From contig OZ245015.1 of NCBI GenBank assembly GCA_965223705.1, forward strand, positions 1,024,001 through 1,088,000: a stretch of 64,000 nucleotides of DNA, written 5' to 3'. Below, one piece after another: positions 1 to 9,461 of the stretch. Made by a program: the position numbers and the translations under genes. Below the pieces are notes generated by a model. The model was given only the letters and a program-made list of their open reading frames with translations. It had not been told where the DNA came from and did not search any database. Origin of the DNA: Myxococcota bacterium (GTDB lineage Bacteria > Myxococcota_A > UBA9160 > UBA6930). Every line of letters starts with the position of its first letter. The first letter of the stretch is position 1.

Positions 1-849
1 GCGTGCGACGTCGCGTCGCCTGAGTCGACGCGCATCTTCGCGACGTTCGACAACGCCGCGGGTGTCGAACGACGCACCGATATCCTCGTCGCCGGCGTGA
101 AGGTCGGCGAAGTCGACGGCGTGACGTTGGACGACGGCCGTGCCCGCCTGACGTTGCGCATCGACGAACCGATCGCACTCCCCGCGGATTCCGTCGTGGC
201 CATTCGCTCGCGCGGCTTGCTCGGCGAACGGGTTGTCGAGATCTCCCAGGGCGACAGCCGACAACGCCTCGCGAACGGCGACACCCTGACGCGAAGCATC
301 GAAGCGCCGAGCATCGACGATCTGCTCGACGATCTTGCGGCCGTGTCATCGGACGTCCGCCAAGTCACCCGCGCCGTGCGGCTCGTGTTGGGCGGCGAAC
401 GGGGTGAAGAAACTATCGCTGCGATCGTCGACGACGTGCGTTCGGTGGCGAGTGGTCTCCGCGAGTTCCTCGAGGAGAGCGGCCCGACGTTGGCGAAGAC
501 ACTGACCAACTTCGACGAAGTGTCGGAGAACCTGACCTACTTCTCGAGCGACATCGCGAGAATCACGGCCGACAATGAACAGACCGTCGGCGAGATGCTC
601 GAGAACTTCGCCGATGCGTCCGAGCAGATGTCGGGAGCCCTCGAGAACTTGAAGAACGTGAGCGACAAGATCGAACAGGGCGAAGGCACACTCGGCAAAC
701 TCGTCGCGGACGACGAGATCTACACCAAGGTCGACGGGTCGCTCGAGGAGCTCCAGCAGACGCTGACCGAGGTGCGACGCGCTGCCGAAGACGCGCAAGA
801 ACAGCTGCCCGTCACCGTTCTCGGCTCGCTCGTCGGGTCGCTCTTCTAG
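1..849 (+). CDS. MCE/MlaD family protein (5' partial)
   Basis: Frame is open from base 1: IFATFDNAAGV...ILVAGVKVGEVDGV...IRSRGLLGERVVEI is an MlaD/MCE domain. It is followed by a long helical region with GEGTLGKLV. Confidence 0.85.
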   Translation, partial: ACDVASPESTRIFATFDNAAGVERRTDILVAGVKVGEVDGVTLDDGRARLTLRIDEPIALPADSVVAIRSRGLLGERVVEISQGDSRQRLANGDTLTRSIEAPSIDDLLDDLAAVSSDVRQVTRAVRLVLGGERGEETIAAIVDDVRSVASGLREFLEESGPTLAKTLTNFDEVSENLTYFSSDIARITADNEQTVGEMLENFADASEQMSGALENLKNVSDKIEQGEGTLGKLVADDEIYTKVDGSLEELQQTLTEVRRAAEDAQEQLPVTVLGSLVGSLF

Positions 850-853
850 CGCG

Positions 854-2260
854 ATGCGATCGAATCGTTCGCTGCGTTCTTGGCTCCTGCCCCTCGGCTT
901 GTGGCTCGCGGTCGTATCGACACCGAGTCACGCGATCGATGTCTGGCCGTTCTACGTCGCGGACCGCGAGCCCGTCGCCGGCGTCATGTCGCGGCGCGCG
1001 CTCGGGCCGCTGTTCGAATCGTGGTCTTTCGAGCACGACGCCGAGAATTGGCGGCGTATTTCCGACGGCGCGGAGTTCACCGTCCGGCCGTTCTTCGCGA
1101 AAGGGCAGCGCGACGGCTTCGCTCGCACTGAGTTCCTCTACCCGCTGGGTCGCGTCCAGGGGCAGGACTACGGAACGCGCGGTCGTCTGACACCCCTGGC
1201 GAGTTGGGGTGCGAAGGGCACCGAGGACCGACATCGCTACTGGACCGTCGGGCCGTTCTTCGGCGGCCGCACCGAAGAAGGCGCGCGCTATGGCGGCGTC
1301 TTCCCGTTGCTCGGCCGCGGCGAATCGCGCTTCGGCAAAGAAGACTTCGCCTTCGCCATGTTTCCCGTCTTCGGCCGCAGCCGAGACCATCGGGCGTTCG
1401 ATCGAACGACCGTCGCCTGGCCGTTCTACTCGAGCGGCGAGGGCGGCGGCCGAGAGCTGTTCCGCTTGTGGCCCTTCTACGGCTACGACCGCCGGGAAGG
1501 CGAATACGAACGCAATTTCGCGCTGTGGCCGTTCGTCTTCTGGCGCCGGGATCGCGCGGGTCAAGAGACGGAACGCCGCGCGCGCTTCGTGTTGCCCATT
1601 TGGGGCGAGAGCGAATCGGCGGAGGCGCGCTCGGTCTTCTACGGCGGCCCGCTCTACATGCGGACGGAACACCTCGCGACGGGCGCATTCTCGACCGACG
1701 CTCCCTGGCCGCTTTTCCGTCACGCGGTATCCCCCGGACCGGACGGAGAAGAGCCCACGCGTCTGTGGCGCTTCTGGCCCTTCGTTCAGTGGAGGCGCGG
1801 CCCGGGCTTTCGCGAAACCGCGCTCCTCCTCGGGCTCGTTTCGTGGCGGAGTGGAGAGAGCGCCGGATCGCAGCTGCGCTCGCGCCGGTTTCTCTTCGTA
1901 TCGCGCTTCGAAGATCGCTTCGATCCGGAAACCGGGTCGCGGTACCGCGTGCGCGACCTGTGGCCGCTCTTCCGGAAGAGCGAACGAACCGACGCGTCGG
2001 GACGAACCTTCGGACGCATCGTTGCGCCCTGGCCGATCCCGCTCCGCGGCGAGGGCTTTCACCGGCATCTTCTCGGACTCTTCACACTCTTCGAAAAGAC
2101 GTACACCGAGAACGAAGAGCGGACCGACATCGCTTGGGGCTTCGCGAGAAAGCGCCGCAAACCGGGCTACCGGTTCACCGCCCTCGGGTGGTGGACGAGC
2201 GAAGTCCACCTGCCGACCCTGACCGCCGGGCGCGCTTCTCGCGCCGGGTCGGGTCGCTAA
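854..2260 (+). CDS. Secreted hypothetical protein with about 17 W/G-P-F/L aromatic repeats (possible outer-membrane beta-rich protein)
   Basis: Signal peptide (...VVSTPSHA|IDV). Recurrent motifs VWPFY, LGPLF, AWPFY, LWPFY, LWPFV, PWPLF, FWPFV, LWPLF. Starts 4 nt after the MlaD stop. Confidence 0.7.
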   Translation: MRSNRSLRSWLLPLGLWLAVVSTPSHAIDVWPFYVADREPVAGVMSRRALGPLFESWSFEHDAENWRRISDGAEFTVRPFFAKGQRDGFARTEFLYPLGRVQGQDYGTRGRLTPLASWGAKGTEDRHRYWTVGPFFGGRTEEGARYGGVFPLLGRGESRFGKEDFAFAMFPVFGRSRDHRAFDRTTVAWPFYSSGEGGGRELFRLWPFYGYDRREGEYERNFALWPFVFWRRDRAGQETERRARFVLPIWGESESAEARSVFYGGPLYMRTEHLATGAFSTDAPWPLFRHAVSPGPDGEEPTRLWRFWPFVQWRRGPGFRETALLLGLVSWRSGESAGSQLRSRRFLFVSRFEDRFDPETGSRYRVRDLWPLFRKSERTDASGRTFGRIVAPWPIPLRGEGFHRHLLGLFTLFEKTYTENEERTDIAWGFARKRRKPGYRFTALGWWTSEVHLPTLTAGRASRAGSGR

Positions 2261-2269
2261 GCTCGCCAC

Positions 2270-3739
2270 GTGGTTCGCGTCGGACTTGCACGCACGACTC
2301 CTTCCTACGCCGGCTTGCGGCCGCCTTACGGCCCGGGCAAGAGCTTTCCCGAATGCGCGCAACTCTTTCCCGAGAGCGGAAGCGGCGATCCGAATCACGT
2401 CTATGCGGCGGTTCGCGCGGCACTCTTGGGAGCCGGGCTCGATGTCGCGAACTTCGGTCGCCCCGAGTGGAACCCTCTCGGCGATCTCGTCGGGCGCGGC
2501 AGGCGCATCGTCCTGAAGCCGAACTTCATCCGCCACTGGAACCCGAATGAGGAAGCCACGCTCGAAAGCGTGATCACCCACGGCTCCGTCCTTCGCGCCA
2601 TCGCCGACTACGCATTCATCGCCGCGGGGCCCGAGGGATCGGTCGCCATTGCCGAAGCACCGCAACACGATTGCGATTGGGACCGCGTCGCGGACGCCGT
2701 GGGCTTGCGCGCATTGGTGGCGTTCTACGACGATGCGCTCGGTCGCGAGCTCGAGACGATCGACTTGCGTCGCGAAGCCGTGACGTACACCGACGGCGTG
2801 ATCACCGAACGCCGCACGCTCCCCGGCGACCCCGCCGGCTACCGCGTCGTCGATCTGGGGGCGCAGAGCGCCTTCGCTTCGAGTGATCTCGACCCGCAGC
2901 GCTTTCGCGGAGCGGACTACGACCCCGGTCCGACGGTGTCGCACCACACGGGCGGGCGGCACGAGTATCTGCTGAGCGAGACGGTGCTCTCCGCCGATCT
3001 CGTCGTGAACCTCCCGAAACTGAAGACGCACAAGAAGACCGGTGTCACCTTGGCGCTCAAGAATCTGGTCGGGATCAACGGCGACAAGAACTACCTGCCG
3101 CACCATTGCGTCGGCGGCGCGAGCGACGGCGGAGACGAGTTTCCCGGAGGTGCCGCGGTCGACCGCTGGCGGAGCCGCGCCACCGAGGTCGCGCGCAGCA
3201 TCATGAAGCGCGGTCTCGGGCAGCGCCTCGTGCGCATCGTCCGCAAAGCGGAATGGGCGGTGCGCGGTGACGACTTCATCCGCAGCGGCAACTGGTACGG
3301 CAACCGCACCACTTGGCGCATGTGCCACGATCTCAACAAGTGCCTTTACTACAGCGACGCAAAGGGCTTCTACCCCGACCGCGACACGCCGGTGCGCCGC
3401 GTGCTCACCGTGCTCGACGGCGTCGTGGCCGGCGAAGGTGAGGGACCGCTCGCGCCGCGCGACGTGCCGCTCGGCGCCGTGCTCGCGAGCGCGGATCCCG
3501 TGGCCCTCGATGTCGCGGCGGTACACCTCATGGGTTTTGCGCCTGCGAAGTTGCCGAAGCTTGCCGAAGCGATGGCCGACCGCGCGTTGCGGATCACGTC
3601 GATTCGGAGCTCGGAAGACGTCGAGGTGACGGAAGTCGATCCGGCGAGCTTCGCGGGCGATTCTGTGGCGCTAGATCAACTCGTTCCGGCGGAGCCCTTT
3701 GTTGCGCATCCCGGTTGGCGAGGGCACGTCGAACGATGA
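2270..3739 (+). CDS. DUF362 domain-containing protein
   Basis: Motifs IVLKPNF, VITHGSVLRA, VVNLPKLKTHKKTGVTLALKNLVG, DGVVAGEGEGP and DPVALD are typical of DUF362. Confidence 0.85.
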   Translation: MVRVGLARTTPSYAGLRPPYGPGKSFPECAQLFPESGSGDPNHVYAAVRAALLGAGLDVANFGRPEWNPLGDLVGRGRRIVLKPNFIRHWNPNEEATLESVITHGSVLRAIADYAFIAAGPEGSVAIAEAPQHDCDWDRVADAVGLRALVAFYDDALGRELETIDLRREAVTYTDGVITERRTLPGDPAGYRVVDLGAQSAFASSDLDPQRFRGADYDPGPTVSHHTGGRHEYLLSETVLSADLVVNLPKLKTHKKTGVTLALKNLVGINGDKNYLPHHCVGGASDGGDEFPGGAAVDRWRSRATEVARSIMKRGLGQRLVRIVRKAEWAVRGDDFIRSGNWYGNRTTWRMCHDLNKCLYYSDAKGFYPDRDTPVRRVLTVLDGVVAGEGEGPLAPRDVPLGAVLASADPVALDVAAVHLMGFAPAKLPKLAEAMADRALRITSIRSSEDVEVTEVDPASFAGDSVALDQLVPAEPFVAHPGWRGHVER

Positions 3740-5880
3740 AACAGATCGTCCAGAATCCGAAGAGCGGGAAGCTCGCGCTGCAGGACGTCCCCGCACCGAC
3801 GCCCGGGCGCGGCGAAGTCTTGGTGCGCACGCATTTCTCGGTGGTGTCGCCCGGCACGGAAAAGATGGCGATCGACTTCGCCCGGAAGTCAATGCTCGGA
3901 AAAGCGCGCAGTCGGCCCGACCTCGTGTCGCAAGTGCTCAAGAAAGTTCGCCAAGAAGGCCCGCTCCCGACGTACCGCGCCGTGATGAATCGCCTCGATG
4001 CGCCGCAGCCGCTCGGCTACGCGGCTTCGGGGGTCGTCGAGCAGGCAGGTGCCGAAGTCGGTTCGTTCGCACCCGGCGACCGCGTCGCGTGCGCGGGCGC
4101 CGGTTACGCGAACCACGCGGAATGGATCGTCGTCCCCGAAAATTTGGTCGCCCGGGTGCCGGACGAGCTGGCGCTCGACAAGGCGGCGTTCGCGACGCTC
4201 GGGGCGATCGCCTTGCAGGGGCTCCGGGTCGGTGAGCCACAGCTCGGCGACGTCGTTGCCGTCATCGGGTTGGGTCTACTCGGGCAGCTGACGGTCCAGC
4301 TCTTGGTCGCTGCGGGTTGCCAGGTGCTCGGCATCGACCTCGATCCGGCGCGGGTCAAGCAAGCGCGGGGACTCGGCGCGCAGTTCGGCGCGGCGCCGGG
4401 CGACGATCACGAACCGTGGAAACGCGCTGTGACCGAAGGGCACGGCGCCGATCTCGCGATCGTCACCGCGGCGTCGGACAGCTCGGCTCCGATCGAGCTC
4501 GCGGCGGCGCTGTGTCGCGCGAAAGGTCGCGTGGTCGCGGTGGGCGCCACTGCGATGGAGCTCGACCGCCGCGCTTTCTACGACAAAGAGCTCGAGTTGC
4601 GGATGAGCATGTCCTACGGGCCGGGTCGCTACGACCGCCGCTACGAAGAAGAAGGGCTCGACTACCCGCGCAGCTACGTCCGCTGGACCGAGAACCGAAA
4701 CCTGCAGGCGTTCCTCGACCTGGCGGCGCGAGACCGCATCGATCCCAAGAAGATGGAGATCGGCGAAGTTCCTTTCGCCGAGGCGCTGCCTTCCTACGAA
4801 GCCCTGGCGCGCGGCGAGCGCGGAGGGCTCGCCGTGGTGTTCCGCTACGCCGCGAGCGCGACCGCGGAACGCACGCTGCCCCTCGCGAAACCCGCGGCGC
4901 CGCGCGGGACCGGCATCGCGTTCCTCGGCGCCGGCAACTACGCGAAAGCCGTCTTGCTGCCGGCGCTCGCCGCCGTCGGGGGCGCCGACGGCCGTCACAT
5001 CGTCACGGCGACTGGGCCCTCGGCCAAGCACACCGCCGAGAAGTTCGGCTTTGCGAGCTGTGGGACCGATCCGGCCGTGGTGCTCGCCGACCCGGAGGTC
5101 GGCCTCGTCTTCGTGGCGACTCAGCACGACAGCCACGCGGAGCTCGCGCGCCGCGCGCTCGAGGAAGGCAAAGCGGTCTGGCTCGAAAAGCCGGTGGCCC
5201 TCGACGAGGCCTCTCTGACCTCGGTTCTCGAAGTCGCGGCAGAGACCGGCGGCTTCCTCACCGTCGGGTACAACCGACGCTTCTCGCCCCACGCGCGCGC
5301 GGTCCGCGAAGTGTTCGCCGATCGCGACGGGCCGATCTCGATCCACTACGCGATTGCCGCCGGACCGACGCCGACGGGGACGTGGCTCCTCGATCCGCGC
5401 GCCGGAGGCGGGCGCATCGTTGGTGAAGCGTGTCACTTCGTCGATCTCTGCAGCTATTTCGTGGGAGCGCCGCCGAGTAGCGTCTATGCCCGCGCCTTGT
5501 CGCGGAGCCCAGAGCTCGACGATTCCCACGTGCTGGTGCTCGGCTACGACGACGGCTCTACGGCGACCATCGAGTATTTGGCGTTCGCTTCGAGCGCGCT
5601 TCCAAAGGAGCGGTTCGAAGTCTCCGGTGTCGGGTTGACGGCGCGTTGCGATAATTTTCGCGCCACCGAGCTGCCCGGACGCAAGCCGCTTCGCACGATG
5701 AATCAGGACAAAGGCCAGCAAACCGCCGTTCGAGAAGTGCTCGCCGCGCTTGCGCGCGGCGACGCGTCGCCGTTCAGTCTCGCCGAGTTGCGCGCGACTT
5801 CGCTCGCCACGTTGCGCGTCGCGGAGTCGGTCGCGACCGGGCGTGCGATTTCGCTCGGCGCCTCGTCTCGAACCCCGTAG
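3736..5880 (+). CDS. Bi-domain oxidoreductase (Zn-type dehydrogenase + Gfo/Idh/MocA), polysaccharide-associated
   Basis: N-term SVVSPGTE, LGYAASG, GLGLLG, SYGPGRYD, YVRWTENRN; C-term GAGNYA, EKP, VGYNRRF, GGRIVGEACHFVD. ATG overlaps the DUF362 stop (ATGA). Confidence 0.88.
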   Translation: MKQIVQNPKSGKLALQDVPAPTPGRGEVLVRTHFSVVSPGTEKMAIDFARKSMLGKARSRPDLVSQVLKKVRQEGPLPTYRAVMNRLDAPQPLGYAASGVVEQAGAEVGSFAPGDRVACAGAGYANHAEWIVVPENLVARVPDELALDKAAFATLGAIALQGLRVGEPQLGDVVAVIGLGLLGQLTVQLLVAAGCQVLGIDLDPARVKQARGLGAQFGAAPGDDHEPWKRAVTEGHGADLAIVTAASDSSAPIELAAALCRAKGRVVAVGATAMELDRRAFYDKELELRMSMSYGPGRYDRRYEEEGLDYPRSYVRWTENRNLQAFLDLAARDRIDPKKMEIGEVPFAEALPSYEALARGERGGLAVVFRYAASATAERTLPLAKPAAPRGTGIAFLGAGNYAKAVLLPALAAVGGADGRHIVTATGPSAKHTAEKFGFASCGTDPAVVLADPEVGLVFVATQHDSHAELARRALEEGKAVWLEKPVALDEASLTSVLEVAAETGGFLTVGYNRRFSPHARAVREVFADRDGPISIHYAIAAGPTPTGTWLLDPRAGGGRIVGEACHFVDLCSYFVGAPPSSVYARALSRSPELDDSHVLVLGYDDGSTATIEYLAFASSALPKERFEVSGVGLTARCDNFRATELPGRKPLRTMNQDKGQQTAVREVLAALARGDASPFSLAELRATSLATLRVAESVATGRAISLGASSRTP

Positions 5881-5918
5881 CCTGCGCTAGCTTCGCTGGC
5901 ACGGGAGGCCCCCCAAGC

Positions 5919-7208
5919 ATGTCAGAATCGTTGCGTGTGCTCGTCGTGGGCGGAGGCGGCCGTGAGCACGCCCTCGCGTGGAAGATCGCGCAGAGCCCGC
6001 GCGTCGCGCGCGTGCTGGCCGCGCCGGGAAGCGACGCGATCCGCGAAATCGCGGACGCGTTCCCCGAGGTGTCGGCCGGCGATCTCGACGCCGTCGTTCG
6101 CCTGGCGCGCAGCGAAGCCGTCGATCTGGTGGTCGTAGGCCCGGAAGATCCGCTGGCGGCGGGTCTCACCGATCGGTTGCGGGCCGAGGGCATCGCGTGT
6201 TTCGGCCCGAGCGCCGCCGCGGCGAGGCTCGAAGCGAGCAAAGCGTTCGCGCGGGAGTTCATGGCCCGGCACGGCGTGCCGCACCCCGAGTTCGCGCGGT
6301 TCACCGAGTTCGACGCCGCCCGGGCCTACGTCGCCGAGCGCGACGCGTGCGTCGTGAAGGCGGACGGCCTCTGCGCCGGCAAGGGCGTTTTCGTTTGCGA
6401 CGACAAAGAGCAGGCGCTCGCCGCTCTGGACGAAATCATGAACGATCGTCGCTTCGGCGAAGCCGGCGATTCCGTGTTGGTCGAACAGCGACTCACGGGG
6501 GAAGAGGCGTCCTACTACGTCATCACCGACGGAGAGAAGATCGTCACGCTTCCGGCGGCGCAAGATCACAAGCGCGCGCTCGATGGCGATCGCGGCGAGA
6601 ACACCGGCGGTATGGGCGCGTACGCGCCGGCGCCGATCGTCGACGACGCGACGGAGAAACGGATCCTCGAAGAAGTCGTCTACCCGACGCTTCGGGGCAT
6701 GCGCGACGAGGGTCACCCCTACACCGGTGTGCTCTACGTCGGCCTGATGATCGACGAGGCTGGCACGCCCTGGGTCATCGAGTTCAACGTGCGCTTCGGC
6801 GACCCCGAAACGCAGCCCATCATGCTCGCGCTAGAAGCCGATCTCGTCCCGTACCTCGAGGGCGCGGCCAAGGGGCGCCTCGACGGAGACACGCGGCTGC
6901 CTCAACACGGAACGGCGCTCACGGTCGTCATGGCTTCGGAAGGCTATCCCCGCGCTTACGAGAAGGGGCGCGTCATTCGCGGGCTCGACGCTGCGGCGGA
7001 AGACCCGGACGTCGCCGTCTTTCACGCGGGCACGCGGCGGCGCGGCGGACAGTGGGAGACCGCCGGTGGCCGGGTGCTCGGCGTGACCGCCCGCGGCGAC
7101 ACGACGCGCGAAGCGCGCGATCGCGCCTACGCCGCCGTCGAGAAGATCGCGTTCGACGGCGCCCAGTTCCGCCGCGACATCGCAGCGCGCGCGCTACCCG
7201 ACGCGTGA
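5919..7208 (+). CDS. purD: Phosphoribosylamine--glycine ligase
   Basis: VLVVGGGGREHALAWK, VVKADGLCAGKGV, QDHKR, NTGGMGAY, EFNVRFGDPETQ, GGRVL. Confidence 0.97.
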   Translation: MSESLRVLVVGGGGREHALAWKIAQSPRVARVLAAPGSDAIREIADAFPEVSAGDLDAVVRLARSEAVDLVVVGPEDPLAAGLTDRLRAEGIACFGPSAAAARLEASKAFAREFMARHGVPHPEFARFTEFDAARAYVAERDACVVKADGLCAGKGVFVCDDKEQALAALDEIMNDRRFGEAGDSVLVEQRLTGEEASYYVITDGEKIVTLPAAQDHKRALDGDRGENTGGMGAYAPAPIVDDATEKRILEEVVYPTLRGMRDEGHPYTGVLYVGLMIDEAGTPWVIEFNVRFGDPETQPIMLALEADLVPYLEGAAKGRLDGDTRLPQHGTALTVVMASEGYPRAYEKGRVIRGLDAAAEDPDVAVFHAGTRRRGGQWETAGGRVLGVTARGDTTREARDRAYAAVEKIAFDGAQFRRDIAARALPDA

Positions 7209-7876
7209 GCGACCACGCCGAGGACGTCAAGCACCTGGCCGCCGACGGTGTGCTCGCCTACCCGACGGAAACCGTCTGGGGGCTCGGCGCGGACGCGACG
7301 CGGCCGGCGGCGGTCGAGCGCCTTCTGGCGTTCAAGGGCCAGCGCGCCGGCGCACCGATTTCCGTGCTCGTCCCCGACGCAGCAGCCCTCGCGGAGTGGG
7401 GCGCCCACCCCGGCGCCGTCGCACAGCGCCTCATCGAAGCCTTCTGGCCCGGGCCGCTGACCCTCGTCCTACGGGCCGATGGCGCGTTTGCGCCGGGAAT
7501 CGCACGGGAGGACGGCTCCGTCGGCTTTCGCTGCTCGCCTCACCCTGTGGCAGGCGCTCTCGCGCGCGCCGCCCGGGAGCAGGGCCTCGGGCCTCTCACG
7601 GCGACGAGCTGCAACCGCAGCGGGGAGCCGCCGGCCAGGAATCGCGCCGAAGCGGCGGAAGTTTGCGCCGGGGGCTCTGCGTGCGAAGCTCCGCGCCGAA
7701 CCGACGTGTCCGCGTGCGAAGCTCCGCGCCTCACCGCAGCAGTCGAACCGGACGCCAGCGGAGAGCCGCCGAGTAGCGTCGTCGACGCGAGCGGCGAGAA
7801 ACCGAAACTTCTGCGCGAAGGAGCGCTTTCGGCGGCCGCGCTCAGCGAAGCCGCCGGACCCGGAGTCCTGTTTTGA
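7205..7876 (+). CDS. tsaC: L-threonylcarbamoyladenylate synthase (YrdC/Sua5 family)
   Basis: LAYPTETVWGLGA, FWPGPLTLVL, TATSCNRSG, SSVVD, LLREGA. GTG start overlaps the purD stop. It is the 3' part of track ORF 5978..7876. Confidence 0.9.
   Translation: MSDHAEDVKHLAADGVLAYPTETVWGLGADATRPAAVERLLAFKGQRAGAPISVLVPDAAALAEWGAHPGAVAQRLIEAFWPGPLTLVLRADGAFAPGIAREDGSVGFRCSPHPVAGALARAAREQGLGPLTATSCNRSGEPPARNRAEAAEVCAGGSACEAPRRTDVSACEAPRLTAAVEPDASGEPPSSVVDASGEKPKLLREGALSAAALSEAAGPGVLF
7679..7730. repeat. 19-bp direct repeat (GCGTGCGAAGCTCCGCGCC x2, 33-bp period) inside tsaC
   Basis: Copies at 7679-7697 and 7712-7730; gives the duplicated peptide SACEAPR. Confidence 0.85.
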
Positions 7877-9150
7877 CCGACGTCATGCCGTTTCGAGGCC
7901 TGCGTTTCGATTCCAAGAAGGTCGCGCTCGCCGAGGCTTTGGTGCCGCCTTACGACGTGGTCCAGCCGAGCGAGCGCGCGATGTATTACGAGCGGAGCCC
8001 CTACAACGCGATCCGCCTCGAACTCACGCGAGAAGCCGGCGACGAAGCGCACACCGACTACCGTGAAGTCGCCGAGACCCTGGCCGTTTGGCGCCGCGAA
8101 GGCGCGCTGCGCCTAGACGACGAACCGAGCTTCTACGTGCTTCGCCAGCGCTTCGCCGGCCCCGGCGGCGAGATGCTCGAACGCACCGGCTTCTTCGGAG
8201 CGCTTCGGCTCGAAGCGTACGAGAACCGCGTCGTGCTGCCCCACGAGCGAACCATGTCGGGCCCGAAAGCGGATCGGCTCAAGATCTTGCGCGCGACGGA
8301 AGCGAACCTGTCGAGCGTCTTCATGCTCTACGAGGACAAGAGCGAGACGCTTTCCGCGGCCCTCACCGAAGGTATCCGCGACGCGAGCGCGATCAGCGCG
8401 ACGGACGAGCAGGGCGTCGAGCACACCCTGGCGCGAATGACCGACCCCGGCGCCATCAGTCTCATCCGCGCTTTTCTGGGGGACCGCCCCGTGGTGATCG
8501 CCGACGGACACCACCGCTACGAGACGGCGCTCAACTACCGGGAAGAGCGGCTCGGGAGCGGCGCGCGACGCGCGGGCGCCGAAATCCCCGCCGACCGCAC
8601 GCTCGCTTATTTCACGAACGCGTACGCGCCGGGCAGCTTGCTCCTCCCGATCCATCGCGTGATCCCGGCCGGGCCCGCTCCGAGCGCTGCCGAGTGGCGT
8701 GCGCGGCTCCCGAACTGGTCGATGCACGAATTTCCCGCGGTCTCGCCGGACGAGCTCGACGCCTGGCTCACCGAGCATTTACAGCCGCATCGGGCGCGCC
8801 CCTCATTTGTAGCCGACGCGTCGGACGGGGTGTTGCGCCTCTTCACGCGCCCCGACGGCGAAGAGCTCACCATCCGCCTCGTGCACAGCGAAGTCATCGG
8901 CGGCGTGTTCGGGATCGACGACGAAGCCGTGCGAGACGGAGCGGTGGTGTTCAAGAAATCCGCCGAAGTCGCGGCGCGGGCGGTGCGCGAAGAAGGCGCC
9001 TCCGTGGCGCTCTACCTGAACCCGCTCACACCCGACGATGTCTTTCGCGTGACGGGTGCGGGCGAGGTCTTGCCCCAGAAGTCGACGTTCTTCTTTCCCA
9101 AGCTTCCCTCGGGTCTCGTATTCCGCGTCCACAACGAGGACCTGACGTGA
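7873..9150 (+). CDS. DUF1015 family protein
   Basis: PFRGLRF, PPYDVV, LPHERT, IADGHHRYETA, LPIHR, PQKSTFFFPKLPSGL. Confidence 0.92.
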   Translation: MTDVMPFRGLRFDSKKVALAEALVPPYDVVQPSERAMYYERSPYNAIRLELTREAGDEAHTDYREVAETLAVWRREGALRLDDEPSFYVLRQRFAGPGGEMLERTGFFGALRLEAYENRVVLPHERTMSGPKADRLKILRATEANLSSVFMLYEDKSETLSAALTEGIRDASAISATDEQGVEHTLARMTDPGAISLIRAFLGDRPVVIADGHHRYETALNYREERLGSGARRAGAEIPADRTLAYFTNAYAPGSLLLPIHRVIPAGPAPSAAEWRARLPNWSMHEFPAVSPDELDAWLTEHLQPHRARPSFVADASDGVLRLFTRPDGEELTIRLVHSEVIGGVFGIDDEAVRDGAVVFKKSAEVAARAVREEGASVALYLNPLTPDDVFRVTGAGEVLPQKSTFFFPKLPSGLVFRVHNEDLT

Positions 9151-9461
9151 CGCGACCGAAGCGCGATCCCGTCGAGGCGCGGTCGATGATCCCGCGGGTG
9201 CTGTCCGAGTTGGGGTTTGGCGGCGCGTCCCGCTCACTCCGCATTCTCGATACGTGGGCCGCGGCCCTGCCGCCCGACGTCGTCGCCCACGCCGAGCCCG
9301 GAACCCTGCGCGGCGACACCCTCGAAGTGCTGGTGGACTCACCGGCGTGGGCGCAGCACATTCGGTTGCGCGGCCCGGAGTTGCTCGCGGCACTCGAAGA
9401 AGTGCTCGGGGAAGACGCGCCGCAGTCGTTGCGCACCCACGTCGGTCGGGAGGGGAATTGA
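9147..9461 (+). CDS. DUF721/DciA family protein
   Basis: ILDTW...VVAHAEP..LRGDTLEVLVDSPAWAQHIRL pattern. GTG overlaps the upstream stop. Confidence 0.8.
   Translation: MTRPKRDPVEARSMIPRVLSELGFGGASRSLRILDTWAAALPPDVVAHAEPGTLRGDTLEVLVDSPAWAQHIRLRGPELLAALEEVLGEDAPQSLRTHVGREGN

Noticed and set aside
812..3526. 904-aa minus-strand ORF, and similar long antisense ORFs (e.g. 37337-39058, 42881-44794, 54224-55552, 60659-61897)
   Set aside because: Shadow frames of well-supported + strand genes in high-GC DNA; no recognisable motifs.
5978..7204. N-terminal 400 aa of track ORF 5978..7876 (likewise the 5' parts of 8088..9461, 56478..58190, 12215..13240 and 22479..24311)
   Set aside because: Alternative-frame extensions overlapping real genes; only the 3' parts are credible (tsaC, dciA, argB, yraN, wzy).
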